Counted from the stretch's first letter, positions 9,587 to 20,133 are shown. The stretch is DNA of 64,000 nt from an uncultured Thiomicrospira sp. (GCA_965195345.1 OZ239628.1:448001-512000); one strand, 5' to 3'. Numbers and translations are program-made. The notes: generated by a model not told the origin, from the letters alone.

Positions 9587-12514
9587 ATGTCGCTCAACCC
9601 ATTTGCAACCGTTCAAGAAACGATTGACTTAAGCCCTAAAGTGGCTGATGAGATAAAGCACACAACGTGTTATATGTGTGCGTGTCGCTGTGGAATAAAG
9701 GTTTATTTGAAAGACGGTACGGTTCGCTATATTGAAGGCAATCCTAACCATCCCGTTAATAAAGGGGTTTTGTGCGCTAAAGGGTCAGCGGGCATAATGA
9801 ATCATTATTCCCCTGCTCGGTTAACAAATCCTTTGTTGCGTGTTGGTGAGAGAGGAAGCGGTGAATTCCGTGAAATCACTTGGGAAGAGGCAATAAATCT
9901 TGCCAGTGAATGGTTAGGAAGTGTTCGTGCAACAAACCCTAATAAACTTGCGTTCTTTACTGGACGTGATCAATCACAGTCGCTTACAGGGTGGTGGGCA
10001 TCGCGTTTCGGGACAACAAATTTTGCGGCGCATGGAGGTTTTTGTTCGGTCAATATGGCAGCGGCAGGTTTGTATTCAGTGGGTGGTGCGTTTTGGGAAT
10101 TTGGTGAGCCAGATTGGGAACGTACTAAATATTTCATGTTATTTGGTGTTGCTGAAGATCATGATTCAAATCCAATAAAGATTGGCTTGGGTAAGCTCAA
10201 AGCACGTGGTGATGCCAAAACGATTTCAATAAATCCAGTTCGTACCGGCTACTCAGCTATAGCGGATGAGTGGGTGGCGGTTAATCCCGGCACTGATGGG
10301 TTATTTATCTTTGCTTTAATTCATGAATTGCTGCGTGCTGATAAAGTTGATTTGAACTATTTGGCGCGCTATACCAATGCTTGTTGGTTGGTGCATCAAA
10401 ATCAAGGCAGTGAAGAAAATGGGTTATTTGTTCGTGATGAGGCAGGAAAACCATGCGTATTTGACTCACAAACGCAACAGGTCGTTGCATTTGATTCTGC
10501 CTCCAAACCCACTATTGTAGGTAGTGTTACTTTAGATGATGGCTTAAGTGCAATTCCTTCGTTTGAGTTGATTGCCGAACGTTATTTGTCGGATGAATAT
10601 GCACCGGATGCAGTAGCGGATAAAGTGGGTATTAGTGGGGATACCATACGGCGCATTGCTGCTGAAATAGCAAGGGTTGCTTTTGAAGAAGAAATTGTTA
10701 TTGATCAAAAATGGGTCGATTGGCAAGGAAACGAACACGATAAAATTATAGGCAGACCTGTGAGCATACATGCTATGCGAGGTATCTCTGCCCATTCTAA
10801 TGGTTTTCATACCTGTCGAGCGCTGCACATATTACAAATGTTGATAGGGAGTGTTGATGTGCCAGGCGGCTGGCGTTACAAAGCACCTTATCCAAAGCCA
10901 ATACCTCCAGCACCTAAACCAGCCCATTCAACAGGTGAACCGTTTCAAGCATTGCATGGCATGCCCATAGGAAACCCCACCTGTCCAGAAGATTTGCTCG
11001 TGGATGAAAATGGCGAACCATTGCGCCTTGACAAGGCATACAGTTGGGAGCACCCTATGGCATCGCATGGGTTGATGCATATGGTTCTTCAAAATGCTTG
11101 GGCAGGAGACCCCTACAAAATTGATGTGTTGATGATGTATATGGCGAATATGGCTTGGAATTCATCCATGAATGTCAAAGATACGCTTCGTTATTTAACG
11201 GATAAAGATGAAAATGGAGAATACAAAATTCCCAAGTTTATTTATTCAGATGCATATTATTCCGAAACGGTTCCTTATGCCGATTTAATTCTGCCAGATA
11301 CTACTTATTTAGAGCGCTACGACTGCATTTCATTACTTGATAGACCTATCTCTAGTGCGCACGGTCCAGGGGATGCTATTCGTGTCCCAGTTGTTGAGCC
11401 TGATCGTGATGTGCGCCCATTTCAAGATGTATTAATTGAGCTGGGCGCGAAGCTCAATTTACCAGGCTTTGTTAATGATGCGGGTGAGCCCCTCTATCCT
11501 GGTGGCTACGTTGATTACATGGTGAATCATGAGCGTGCTCCTGGTATTGGACCGCTAGCTGGTTGGCGAGGTGACGGCAGTGCGCATGGGCGAGGTGAAA
11601 GTAATAGCCAACAAATTGAAAAATACATAGAGAATGGTTGCTTTTGGCAGCATCATTTGCCGCCTGATCAGTTGTTCTATAAGCATGTCAATAAAGCATA
11701 TCTTGAGTATGCAAAAGACATGGGTTGGATAGGAGATAGTGATCCAATTCTTTTGCAGTTGTACAGTGAGCATTTGCAAAAGTTTCGTTTAGCGGCGCAA
11801 GGGCATGGCAAGGTTAGCGTGCCTGAATTGCATAGGCAACGTGTTGAAACGTATTTTGATCCAATTCCTATGTGGTATGAGCCCTTTGAACAGGCAATTG
11901 TCGAAGCTGAAGAATTTCCTTTACATGCGATTACTCAACGACCTATGCATATGTATCATTCGTGGGGGTCGCAAAATATTTGGTTAAGGCAAATTACCAA
12001 TAAAAACTATTTGTATATTCATGTCGATACTGCTAAAAAGTACGATTTGCAAAATGGTGATTGGATATGGTTAAGCAGTCATCATGGCCGTATAAAAGTC
12101 CCGATAAAAACCATGCTTGGAACCAATGTCAATACAGTATGGACTTGGAATGCTATTGGTAAACGTCGAGGTGCGTGGGCGCTTGACAATAATTCGCCTG
12201 AGTTTAAAGAGGGTTTTTTGTTAAACCATCTCATTAGTGAGTTATTGCCCCCTAAAGAAGGGAGTTATCGATATTCTAATTCTGACCCAGTTACTGGGCA
12301 AGCGGCATGGTACGATTTAAGAGTGAAGATTGAAAAGTGCAGCCCAACCGATGCGGAAAATGGAATCATTGAGCCTTATTTCGCACCAACTAATAAGAGC
12401 ATTGGCACACGCAAAACTATCTCAACCTTTGGGTTAGAAACCAAAGACATTCCATCTGGGAAACCCTCTAAACCAATGAAAGAATGGGTGTCATATTCTG
12501 ATGATCGTAAATGA
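9587..12514 (+). CDS. soeA: Cytoplasmic sulfite:quinone oxidoreductase, molybdopterin subunit
   Basis: TTCYMCACRCG [4Fe-4S] motif, FFTGRDQSQ, AHGGFCSVNMA, HAMRGISAHSNG; no Tat signal. Confidence 0.92.
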   Translation: MSLNPFATVQETIDLSPKVADEIKHTTCYMCACRCGIKVYLKDGTVRYIEGNPNHPVNKGVLCAKGSAGIMNHYSPARLTNPLLRVGERGSGEFREITWEEAINLASEWLGSVRATNPNKLAFFTGRDQSQSLTGWWASRFGTTNFAAHGGFCSVNMAAAGLYSVGGAFWEFGEPDWERTKYFMLFGVAEDHDSNPIKIGLGKLKARGDAKTISINPVRTGYSAIADEWVAVNPGTDGLFIFALIHELLRADKVDLNYLARYTNACWLVHQNQGSEENGLFVRDEAGKPCVFDSQTQQVVAFDSASKPTIVGSVTLDDGLSAIPSFELIAERYLSDEYAPDAVADKVGISGDTIRRIAAEIARVAFEEEIVIDQKWVDWQGNEHDKIIGRPVSIHAMRGISAHSNGFHTCRALHILQMLIGSVDVPGGWRYKAPYPKPIPPAPKPAHSTGEPFQALHGMPIGNPTCPEDLLVDENGEPLRLDKAYSWEHPMASHGLMHMVLQNAWAGDPYKIDVLMMYMANMAWNSSMNVKDTLRYLTDKDENGEYKIPKFIYSDAYYSETVPYADLILPDTTYLERYDCISLLDRPISSAHGPGDAIRVPVVEPDRDVRPFQDVLIELGAKLNLPGFVNDAGEPLYPGGYVDYMVNHERAPGIGPLAGWRGDGSAHGRGESNSQQIEKYIENGCFWQHHLPPDQLFYKHVNKAYLEYAKDMGWIGDSDPILLQLYSEHLQKFRLAAQGHGKVSVPELHRQRVETYFDPIPMWYEPFEQAIVEAEEFPLHAITQRPMHMYHSWGSQNIWLRQITNKNYLYIHVDTAKKYDLQNGDWIWLSSHHGRIKVPIKTMLGTNVNTVWTWNAIGKRRGAWALDNNSPEFKEGFLLNHLISELLPPKEGSYRYSNSDPVTGQAAWYDLRVKIEKCSPTDAENGIIEPYFAPTNKSIGTRKTISTFGLETKDIPSGKPSKPMKEWVSYSDDRK

Positions 12515-13248
12515 CTGAATTACCTAAAAAAACAAAACGTAAGCTTGGGCTTGTGATTGATCTCGGCAGCTGTGTAGGCTGCCATGCCTGTGTTGTTAGT
12601 TGCAAAGAATGGAACACTAGTGGACATATGGCACCACTCACTGACTTCAATCCGCAGCAAGCTGATCCAAACGGAGTTTGGTTCAATCGTGTGCACAGTT
12701 ATGAAGTGGAGCGTGAGGGTTGCTCACAGACGGTGCATTTCCCCAAGTCGTGTTTGCACTGTGAAGATGCACCATGTGTAACAGTTTGCCCAACAGGCGC
12801 TTCTTATAAACGCGAGGAGGATGGTATTGTGTTGGTTAATGCCGATACGTGTATTGGTTGCAAATTGTGTTCATGGGCGTGCCCTTATGGAGCAAGAGAG
12901 TTTGATGATAATGATCGAGTGATGAAAAAATGCACTTTGTGCGTTGACCGTATTTACAATGCAAATTTAGATGAAAGCTCACGTGTTCCAGCATGTGTTG
13001 CTGCTTGTCCAACAGGCGCGCGCCATTTTGGAGACTTAGGGGATGAAAACTCTGAAATTGCTAAGTTAGTTGAAAATCGGCAAGGTTATGCTTTGATGCC
13101 AGAACAAAATTGTCAGCCAGTGAATCGTTACCTTCCTCCTCAAGAAAAAACCAATACGCAACAAAAAGATATCGCGCTTGAGGCTGCTACAGATAGCCAG
13201 CAAAGCTTGTTGAATCGCTGGGCGGATCGCGTCGCAGCTAATTTTTAA
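12511..13248 (+). CDS. soeB: SoeB iron-sulfur subunit
   Basis: Four Cys clusters (CVGCHAC, SCLHCEDAPC, CIGCKLC, KCTLC); CKEWN. Confidence 0.92.
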   Translation: MTELPKKTKRKLGLVIDLGSCVGCHACVVSCKEWNTSGHMAPLTDFNPQQADPNGVWFNRVHSYEVEREGCSQTVHFPKSCLHCEDAPCVTVCPTGASYKREEDGIVLVNADTCIGCKLCSWACPYGAREFDDNDRVMKKCTLCVDRIYNANLDESSRVPACVAACPTGARHFGDLGDENSEIAKLVENRQGYALMPEQNCQPVNRYLPPQEKTNTQQKDIALEAATDSQQSLLNRWADRVAANF

Positions 13249-13257
13249 GGGGAAGTC

Positions 13258-14160
13258 ATGCATCCGGCTGCTTCTGTTATATTATTCACCACGCTCACAG
13301 GGCTTGGGTACGGCTTAATGATATGGCTTGGTTTTGCTTTGCTGAGTGGAGAATTAGTCAATCATACGATGATGGTGATAAGTATGATAGTCGCTTCTTT
13401 CGTATTAACGACTGTTGGTTTGATCTCTTCATTATTTCATTTAGGGCATCCTGAGCGTGCTTGGCGTGCGCTGAGTCAATGGAAAACTTCTTGGCTTTCT
13501 CGCGAAGGCGTACTAGCAATTCTTTGTTACATTCCAATGTTCATGCTTGCGATTACGATGTACTTCGAACAGACACAGTATGTGCCTTTATTGAGTGTTA
13601 TTCTTATTGTATTATGTGCGTCAACTACCTATGCGACCTCAATGATTTATGCTTCCCTTAAGCCAATTCCTGCATGGTCAAATCCATCCACGATATTTTG
13701 CTATCAGTTAAATGCTTTAGCGACAGGCGGCGTGCTTTTTATGTTCTTTTGTTATTTTTTTATGGCGCTGCCTCCGTTTTTAAACGAATTGCTTGTTGTG
13801 CTAACGGTCGCATTAGCAGTTAAGATTTGGTGGTTTTTATCTATTGAAAGAAGCAATGTGAGTGATGCACAAAGCGCTATTGGACTGAAGGGTACTATTC
13901 GTCAAATCGACCCGCCCCACTCATCGGCAAACTATCTAATGAAAGAGATGGGTTTTGAAATAGCTCGAAACCACAGGGTTAAATACAGACTTGTTTCGAT
14001 ATTTGGTGTATTTTTGATTCCATTTGCATGCGTATATTTGGGAGTAAATACGCCATTGATTATTGTTGCGCAATTGTTCTCTATTGTTGGAATTATTGCT
14101 GAGCGTTATCTTTTTTTTGCTGAAGCCAAGCACGTTGTTACTTTTTATTACCGATCTTAA
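13258..14160 (+). CDS. soeC: SoeC NrfD/DmsC-type membrane anchor
   Basis: MHPAASVILFTT, HLGHPERAWRALSQW, SWLSREG, ERYLFFAEAKH. Confidence 0.92.
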   Translation: MHPAASVILFTTLTGLGYGLMIWLGFALLSGELVNHTMMVISMIVASFVLTTVGLISSLFHLGHPERAWRALSQWKTSWLSREGVLAILCYIPMFMLAITMYFEQTQYVPLLSVILIVLCASTTYATSMIYASLKPIPAWSNPSTIFCYQLNALATGGVLFMFFCYFFMALPPFLNELLVVLTVALAVKIWWFLSIERSNVSDAQSAIGLKGTIRQIDPPHSSANYLMKEMGFEIARNHRVKYRLVSIFGVFLIPFACVYLGVNTPLIIVAQLFSIVGIIAERYLFFAEAKHVVTFYYRS

Positions 14161-14465
14161 TCTAGACGGTATTCTCGTTCGACTTTGCAAATTTTCGTAG
14201 AGTACGTTGAGTACCATTTTTCTTTACCTAATCGCTGTGCCTCAAGGTGTTCAGGGTGTTTTTTCCATGCTTTGATGGAATCTAAATCTTTCCAGTAAGA
14301 CACAGTTATTCCTAACCCATCACTGCGGGCGGAATCATGCCCTAAATAGCCCGGTTGTTGTTGCACTAATTCAAGCATTCGATCAGCGGTTTTTTGATAC
14401 CCTTGATTATTGCTAAGCGTATTGGAGAATATAACTGCATAGTATGGAGGAGGGATGGCAAACAT
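14157..14465 (-). CDS. Antibiotic biosynthesis monooxygenase (ABM) family protein
   Basis: PPYYAVIF, QQPGYLG, GITVSYW, EHLEAQRLG.EKWY. Confidence 0.88.
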   Translation of the reverse strand: MFAIPPPYYAVIFSNTLSNNQGYQKTADRMLELVQQQPGYLGHDSARSDGLGITVSYWKDLDSIKAWKKHPEHLEAQRLGKEKWYSTYSTKICKVEREYRLD

Positions 14466-14466
14466 A

Positions 14467-15096
14467 TTATTCCTTTGAGTTAATGATTACTTGAACTTGT
14501 TGTTGTAAATGAGGGATAACATCTGCTTCAAAAAATGGACTATTCTCAAGCCATTTCCTATTTCTCGGGCTAGGATGAGGAAGAATGTATTGACTTGGAG
14601 CAAGAAGACGCCATTGTCGAACTCTTTCGCTTAAATTTTTTTTTGATTTGCCGAAATGATAATTAACGGCATAAGTACCTATGATTATAGATAGTTTGAT
14701 ATTTGGTAGTTTGTCAAGTAATTGCATGCGCCATTGAGGGGCACATTCTGGTCGAGGTGGTAAATCGCCTGATTTACCTGTCCCAGGGTAGCAAAATCCC
14801 ATTGGTAAAATAGCAAATATACTAGGATCGTAGAAGCTTGTTCGATCGATACCTAACCATTGGCGTAAACGGTCACCACTTGGGTCATTGAAAGGAATCC
14901 CTGTTTCATGCGCGCGCTTTCCTGGGGCTTGACCCGCCAGCAATATTTTTGCTTTAGGATTCAATTGGAAAATGGGGCGTGCTCCCATAGGTAGATGAGC
15001 GGCGCATAGGGTGCAATGTTCAACTTGCTGAATTAAAGTGGTGAATGTTTCCATGTTTTTATAAAATTTCGCAAAGTATAATTCAACAAGTAACAT
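14467..15096 (-). CDS. Uracil-DNA glycosylase superfamily protein (start may be ATG 15054)
   Basis: GQAPG, PFNDPSGDRLR, PMGFCYPG, LPHPSPRN. Confidence 0.88.
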   Translation of the reverse strand: MLLVELYFAKFYKNMETFTTLIQQVEHCTLCAAHLPMGARPIFQLNPKAKILLAGQAPGKRAHETGIPFNDPSGDRLRQWLGIDRTSFYDPSIFAILPMGFCYPGTGKSGDLPPRPECAPQWRMQLLDKLPNIKLSIIIGTYAVNYHFGKSKKNLSERVRQWRLLAPSQYILPHPSPRNRKWLENSPFFEADVIPHLQQQVQVIINSKE

Positions 15097-15132
15097 AAAG
15101 AAAGATACATAGTGAAAATATAAATGTAGGGG

Positions 15133-15759
15133 TTGGTGTTGAAAAGCAATTTTGACAAAGAAAAAATTGTAGGATTAGTTCTTGCAGGTGGCACTTCTGA
15201 ACGCTTTGGAGGGAATGATAAAGCGTGGATTTCTATTGATGGAAAAGCACTGATTGAGCATCAGATTGAATGGCTAATCAAACAATCAAGCGTAGTGAAA
15301 TCTGCTATAAATTGTAATAGAAATTTTCAGGATTATAAGCGGTTAGGATTGCCGTTGATTATCGATGATGAATATGCTAATTTTGGACCACTGAGTGGTA
15401 TTTTTTCAGGATTGAAATGGGCGAAATCTCAAGAAGCAGATTGGTTGTTTGTTTTGCCCGTTGATACTTGGTGTATTTCCAATGCACTCATTGATGAGTT
15501 GGTAAATGGTGCAAAAAACGAGGACATGCTTGATGTGGTAATGCCTATTTTAGGTGGACGTGCGCAGCATGCAACGGGGCTTTGGTCGATTAAATTATTG
15601 CCTGACTTAAGAGAACAGTTGGCAGAAGGTGGCGGAGCGATCTTACATTTTCTCGAAACTAAAACGGTTGTTAAGGTGGATTGTTCAGTCAATTGCTATG
15701 GCGACAATGCGAAGGCACTAATCACCAATATTAATAGCCCTGAAGATATTCCAAATTAA
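15133..15759 (+). CDS. mobA: Molybdenum cofactor guanylyltransferase
   Basis: LAGGTSERFGG.DK, GPLSGI, NINSPED. Confidence 0.88.
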   Translation: MVLKSNFDKEKIVGLVLAGGTSERFGGNDKAWISIDGKALIEHQIEWLIKQSSVVKSAINCNRNFQDYKRLGLPLIIDDEYANFGPLSGIFSGLKWAKSQEADWLFVLPVDTWCISNALIDELVNGAKNEDMLDVVMPILGGRAQHATGLWSIKLLPDLREQLAEGGGAILHFLETKTVVKVDCSVNCYGDNAKALITNINSPEDIPN

Positions 15760-15786
15760 ATGCAACGGCTTATACGAAAGAGTAGA

Positions 15787-16347
15787 TTATTTGGTGATGT
15801 GGTTTCTCCACCAATTTGGCAAAGACGATTCCACCTCACCCGCTTCGTATAATTCATTGGCAAGCCGAATGGAACGAACACCAGCGTCGGAATTAATAAA
15901 CCAGATATTGAGTGAGGCGATCAGCCCTTTCCCACGAAATCCTTTTTGAGAGAGCCAATTTAGAATCTTAGCCTCATTCCAGTCTTTGTTAAACCGTACA
16001 ATGACTCCTCCTGGCAATCCCATAGAGGACCCGCCTTTCGAGTCGTAAGAAAAGGTTTCGGAAAGTCTGTTTGTTGAGGCAATAGATCGTATTTTTTGCA
16101 TAGAGGCTGATTCGTTGCGCTTCCAAATTCGAAAGCCATTGCTCATGGAATTCACCAGAACGGCTTCATTTTTTAGAGACGCTGCAACATCATCATTGCG
16201 ACTGAAGTCAATGAATTGATCAGTATTCATATAAACTTCTAACTTCTTTTTTCCATCGTAATAGTACATGAGCGTGTTTTTATCAGCAAACGCACTGATG
16301 GGGGCAATTATTAAGAAAAGTAGTAGGGGGGAGTATTTAATCTTCAT
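15787..16347 (-). CDS. Secreted hypothetical protein, possibly subtilase propeptide/external-chaperone-like fold
   Basis: Signal peptide (SAFA-D); GGVIVRF...LANELYEAGEVESSLPNW resembles S8 prodomain-like regions (from recall). Confidence 0.6.
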   Translation of the reverse strand: MKIKYSPLLLFLIIAPISAFADKNTLMYYYDGKKKLEVYMNTDQFIDFSRNDDVAASLKNEAVLVNSMSNGFRIWKRNESASMQKIRSIASTNRLSETFSYDSKGGSSMGLPGGVIVRFNKDWNEAKILNWLSQKGFRGKGLIASLNIWFINSDAGVRSIRLANELYEAGEVESSLPNWWRNHITK

Positions 16348-17086
16348 GAAATGATGTGAGATGTACAGTTAAGTTATTTAGTTTTAGTGGTTGTTCCAAG
16401 CCTTTGTTGCTAAAGAGCGCAATGCTCATATTATCATGTGCTTGTAAAACGATGCCACGCACAGGCTTCCCTTGTGCGTTTTGCAATTCTATATTTTCTC
16501 CTCCGATTAGGTTTTCTTCAGTCTTAATAAGAAAGCAACGTTTGGTTACTTTTCCACGATAGTGCAGTCGAGCAATTACTTCTTGCCCAACATAGCAACC
16601 CTTTTGCCAGTTTAATGCATTGAGGATATCCAAATTTAAAAGTTGAGCAACGTATTTTCCACTGCTTAAATTGCTTAGCCTGACAAAACCGTTTTGCATT
16701 AGGATCGGTGTGGCATTTGATGCGTTTTCAGGTGGATTTTCTTGTAGAGAAATGAAGCAATTTTCAGAAAGTTGAAGATGTAAAGACGTTTCTGGAGCAC
16801 TGTCGGTGATTACAGCGTGGAAATGACTTTTTTCTATTTTCACATCAGAACGCAAAATAAACATATTCAAACGTTTAATGGTGCTGTCTATGTTTTCGTC
16901 TTGACTTAATAAATACACAAAATCAGCATCTCGGATTAATACAAATATGGCTAATACTTCTCCTTTAGGAGAGCAAAAAGCGTTGATTCCATTTTTTCTA
17001 ATATCGTTGCTCAATTGACCCTGCAAAAACGTGTCTGTGTCTGCACCGCTCAGTTTGAATGTTTTAAACGTTGTGTGATAAATCAT
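16337..17086 (-). CDS. ygfZ: Folate-binding Fe-S repair protein YgfZ
   Basis: FLQGQLSND and the KGCYVGQEVIAR signature. Confidence 0.92.
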   Translation of the reverse strand: MIYHTTFKTFKLSGADTDTFLQGQLSNDIRKNGINAFCSPKGEVLAIFVLIRDADFVYLLSQDENIDSTIKRLNMFILRSDVKIEKSHFHAVITDSAPETSLHLQLSENCFISLQENPPENASNATPILMQNGFVRLSNLSSGKYVAQLLNLDILNALNWQKGCYVGQEVIARLHYRGKVTKRCFLIKTEENLIGGENIELQNAQGKPVRGIVLQAHDNMSIALFSNKGLEQPLKLNNLTVHLTSFHED

Positions 17087-17170
17087 GTTACTAATTGTAC
17101 GTTATGAAAATGGTTTCGGCATTAGAATAGCTTGACCTTGAACGTTAAATGTATAAGTAAGGATGCGGTT

Positions 17171-17503
17171 ATGAATCGAGAAGAGTTGGTGAAAAAAAAA
17201 TGCAGACCAATTGCTCAGACGGAAGATGCGCTTGACGAGGCAAGAGTGGCTCAATTGCATCGGTTGATTATGGATTGGAGTATTGAAGATCAAACGATAA
17301 GACGTCGATTTTTGATGAAGAAGTACAGTGTTGTATTGGACTTTGTAGCCGCGATAGGAGCGCTTTCAGTGCAAGAGTGCCATCATCCAGTAGTTTGCTT
17401 TGGCTATGGTTTCGTGGAAGTTCGGTATACAACCCATTCAGTGAATGGGCTCAGTTTGAATGATTTCATTTGCGCTATAAAAATTGATGAAATATATGCT
17501 TGA
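17171..17503 (+). CDS. phhB: Pterin-4-alpha-carbinolamine dehydratase
   Basis: HHP, YTTHSVNGLSLNDFICAIKID. Confidence 0.88.
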   Translation: MNREELVKKKCRPIAQTEDALDEARVAQLHRLIMDWSIEDQTIRRRFLMKKYSVVLDFVAAIGALSVQECHHPVVCFGYGFVEVRYTTHSVNGLSLNDFICAIKIDEIYA

Positions 17504-18368
17504 ACGAGTGATTGCTAGTTTTGGTTTTGAAGCATTGTGTGAAAATCCAAAAACGGGTGTTCGTCAGACGTTGAAGCATCGACGTAGTATGCGTCCAGTT
17601 TGCGGCGATTTAGTACATGTGAAGGATGATATTATTTCTGAGATTCTTCCAAGGAAAAATGTTGTAGAGCGTATAAAGAGTAATAAGGCGAAGCCTCCTA
17701 TTGCTGCCAATATAGATATGTTGGGGATAGTGGTCAGCCATGAACCTCTTACGCCTTGGTTTTTTATTGATGCGTGGTTGCTTATAGCATGGGTGCAGAA
17801 TATAAAGCCAATTTTGATTAAAAATAAATCAGATATTTCAAGCTTTGCTTCTTTTGAACAAAAATTCAATAATCGGTTTGATAGATGTGGCTATGCAGAG
17901 TGGACAGGAAGCGCGATTAATGGAGAAAATATTGATGCGCTTTTACATGGATTTAGGGATAAGATTGTTTTGCTGGTGGGTTTGTCGGGTGTGGGTAAAT
18001 CAAGTTTAACAAATGCCTTGATTCCTAATGCGCAAGTAAGAACGCAATCTTTATCGCTTTATTCGTCAGATGGTAAACACACGACTACCAATTCGGTTTT
18101 ACATCACTTTGAGGATGATTTGCAAGGAGGCTTAATTGATTCGCCTGGGATCAAAGAGATTGATTTGGTGATGCCCGATAATATGGAGGAGGCTTGGCCA
18201 GAATTTGAGCCTTTTCTTGGGAAGTGTCAATTTCGAAATTGCCAGCATGGAAAAGAACTCGGTTGTGCGATTTTAGCAGGCGTTAAGGAAGGATTAATAC
18301 ATGAAAATCGTTACCAATCATTCTGTCATCTTAAAAAAACATTGGGGTTGAAGAATTTTTGGGAGTGA
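17496..18368 (+). CDS. rsgA: Small-subunit-dependent GTPase A
   Basis: AANID, NKSD, GLSGVGKSS, GKHTTT, DSPG, CQFRNCQH..GC. Confidence 0.93.
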   Translation: MLERVIASFGFEALCENPKTGVRQTLKHRRSMRPVCGDLVHVKDDIISEILPRKNVVERIKSNKAKPPIAANIDMLGIVVSHEPLTPWFFIDAWLLIAWVQNIKPILIKNKSDISSFASFEQKFNNRFDRCGYAEWTGSAINGENIDALLHGFRDKIVLLVGLSGVGKSSLTNALIPNAQVRTQSLSLYSSDGKHTTTNSVLHHFEDDLQGGLIDSPGIKEIDLVMPDNMEEAWPEFEPFLGKCQFRNCQHGKELGCAILAGVKEGLIHENRYQSFCHLKKTLGLKNFWE

Positions 18369-18374
18369 ATTTAG

Positions 18375-19313
18375 TTATGATTCATCGTTAATTCGAATGG
18401 TTTTAAAAAAATCATCCCAATAGGGACCCCCCTTAAATCGTTCTATTAAGAAAGATACAAATGTCTTCATACGCTGAGATAAATGGTGCGTTTGAGGATA
18501 AATGGCATATGCATTAAGTTGAGGTAGACTGTATTCTGGCAAAATGGGAATTAGTTTGCCATCTTCTATATCTTTATAGGTGATGAATGTTGGTGTAATA
18601 ATAATTCCCAATCCTTCAATAGCGGCTTGATTAAGGAATTCACCTGTATTGGCTCTTAGAATGGGCTGTATTTTTGTTTTTATTGTTTTGCCTCGCCTGT
18701 TTGTCAAATCCCAGTGTTGAAAGTCACGATATAAACTATACACAAGGCACTTGTGATTTTTTAATTCTGATAAAGATTGCGGTGTGCCCATTTTTTTGAG
18801 GTAAGAGGGGCTTGCACACATAGTGGTTCGAATAGGTGCTAAACGGCGGGCAATCAAACTTGAATCTGGCAAATGAGCTATTCGAATAGCCAAATCAAAC
18901 CCTTCCTGTATTAAGTCGACTTCTCGATCATTAAAATCTAATTCGAATTCAACTTGAGGATGCAGTTTTGAAAATTCGGTGATAGCGGAGCTGACATGCA
19001 TGAGCCCAAATGTAGATGGCAAGGCAATTTTTAACGGACCCTTTAATGTGGCGTGCGATTGAGATGTTTTTAGTTCAGCTTCACGGACATCTTCTAAAAT
19101 GCGAGTAGCAAGTTTATAAAAATCTTTTCCGATATCAGTTAGATTAATACGTCTGGTGGTACGGTGAAAAAGTTCAACACCGAGATGCCCTTCCAATTCA
19201 CTAAGTCGTCGGCTAATAACCGACTTCACGACCCCCAACCTGTCAGCAGCGGCACTAATGCCGTTTGACTCAACCACACGTGTGAATGTTTCCATGTTTT
19301 TAAACCGATCCAT
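18375..19313 (-). CDS. LysR-family regulator (CrgA/DmlR-like)
   Basis: N-terminal HTH, LFHRTTRRINLT, DLIQEGFDLAIR. Confidence 0.93.
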   Translation of the reverse strand: MDRFKNMETFTRVVESNGISAAADRLGVVKSVISRRLSELEGHLGVELFHRTTRRINLTDIGKDFYKLATRILEDVREAELKTSQSHATLKGPLKIALPSTFGLMHVSSAITEFSKLHPQVEFELDFNDREVDLIQEGFDLAIRIAHLPDSSLIARRLAPIRTTMCASPSYLKKMGTPQSLSELKNHKCLVYSLYRDFQHWDLTNRRGKTIKTKIQPILRANTGEFLNQAAIEGLGIIITPTFITYKDIEDGKLIPILPEYSLPQLNAYAIYPQTHHLSQRMKTFVSFLIERFKGGPYWDDFFKTIRINDES

Positions 19314-19322
19314 ATATCTCCA

Positions 19323-19345
19323 ATTGTTTCTAAAAAAAGAACAAA
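19323..19345. promoter_or_regulatory. Putative LysR recognition site
   Basis: Interrupted inverted repeat TTGTTT-N9-GAACAA just upstream of the LysR gene in the divergent intergenic region. Confidence 0.45.
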
Positions 19346-19534
19346 TATTTCTTATTATGCCTGTTTATTTCTTTAATGAGCAACTATTATAATGCTGTGC
19401 ATAACAAGTTATTTTTAAATAAATGTAAGAACTTATAAGGATATTTACACTAAGCACGTTCAACTACATTAAGGCATAGGCTGTAAGTTTCATTTAAAAA
19501 ATCCATAAGCTCTTAAAATAAATATGGTTGTATT

Positions 19535-20074
19535 ATGAAGATTGGGAATACCGATAAAAAATATGGATCCGTTAGTCTCTTTATACATTGGATTAGCCTA
19601 ATTAGTGTTTTGGGGCTATTTTTTCTGGGAATATGGATGGTTGATCTTGAATACTATCATAGTTGGTATAGAACGGCTCCTGAGTTGCATATAAGCATCG
19701 GCATCTTTTTATTTTCTCTCACCCTACTACGTATAATTTGGTTGAGGTTGTCGCCAAAGCCAGCATCATTGAATACAGGATGGACATTGATCTTTGAGAA
19801 GATTGGGCATCGCAGTTTGTATGCGATTCTTTTGTTGTTGATGTTTTCTGGATATTTGATATTTACCGCTGATGGACGGTCAATATCATTTTTTCAATTG
19901 TTTGATATTCCATCAACCATTACTAGTATTCCTGATCAAGAAGATTTGGCGGGGTCAGTGCATGAAATTTTGGCGTGGACATTGATAGTATTGGTTAGCT
20001 TGCATGCACTAGTTGCTTTATGGCATCATTTCATCGTAAAAGATAGGACTTTGAAAAGGATGCTTGGTCAATAG
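19535..20074 (+). CDS. Cytochrome b561 (YceJ-like)
   Basis: HW, LHISIG, HEILAW, HALVALWHH heme ligands; next to yceI. Confidence 0.88.
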   Translation: MKIGNTDKKYGSVSLFIHWISLISVLGLFFLGIWMVDLEYYHSWYRTAPELHISIGIFLFSLTLLRIIWLRLSPKPASLNTGWTLIFEKIGHRSLYAILLLLMFSGYLIFTADGRSISFFQLFDIPSTITSIPDQEDLAGSVHEILAWTLIVLVSLHALVALWHHFIVKDRTLKRMLGQ

Positions 20075-20133
20075 CCTGCATGTTTTGAGGAAATTTTGTA
20101 TTAGAAACGTTAATCTTAACAAGGAGAATTATT

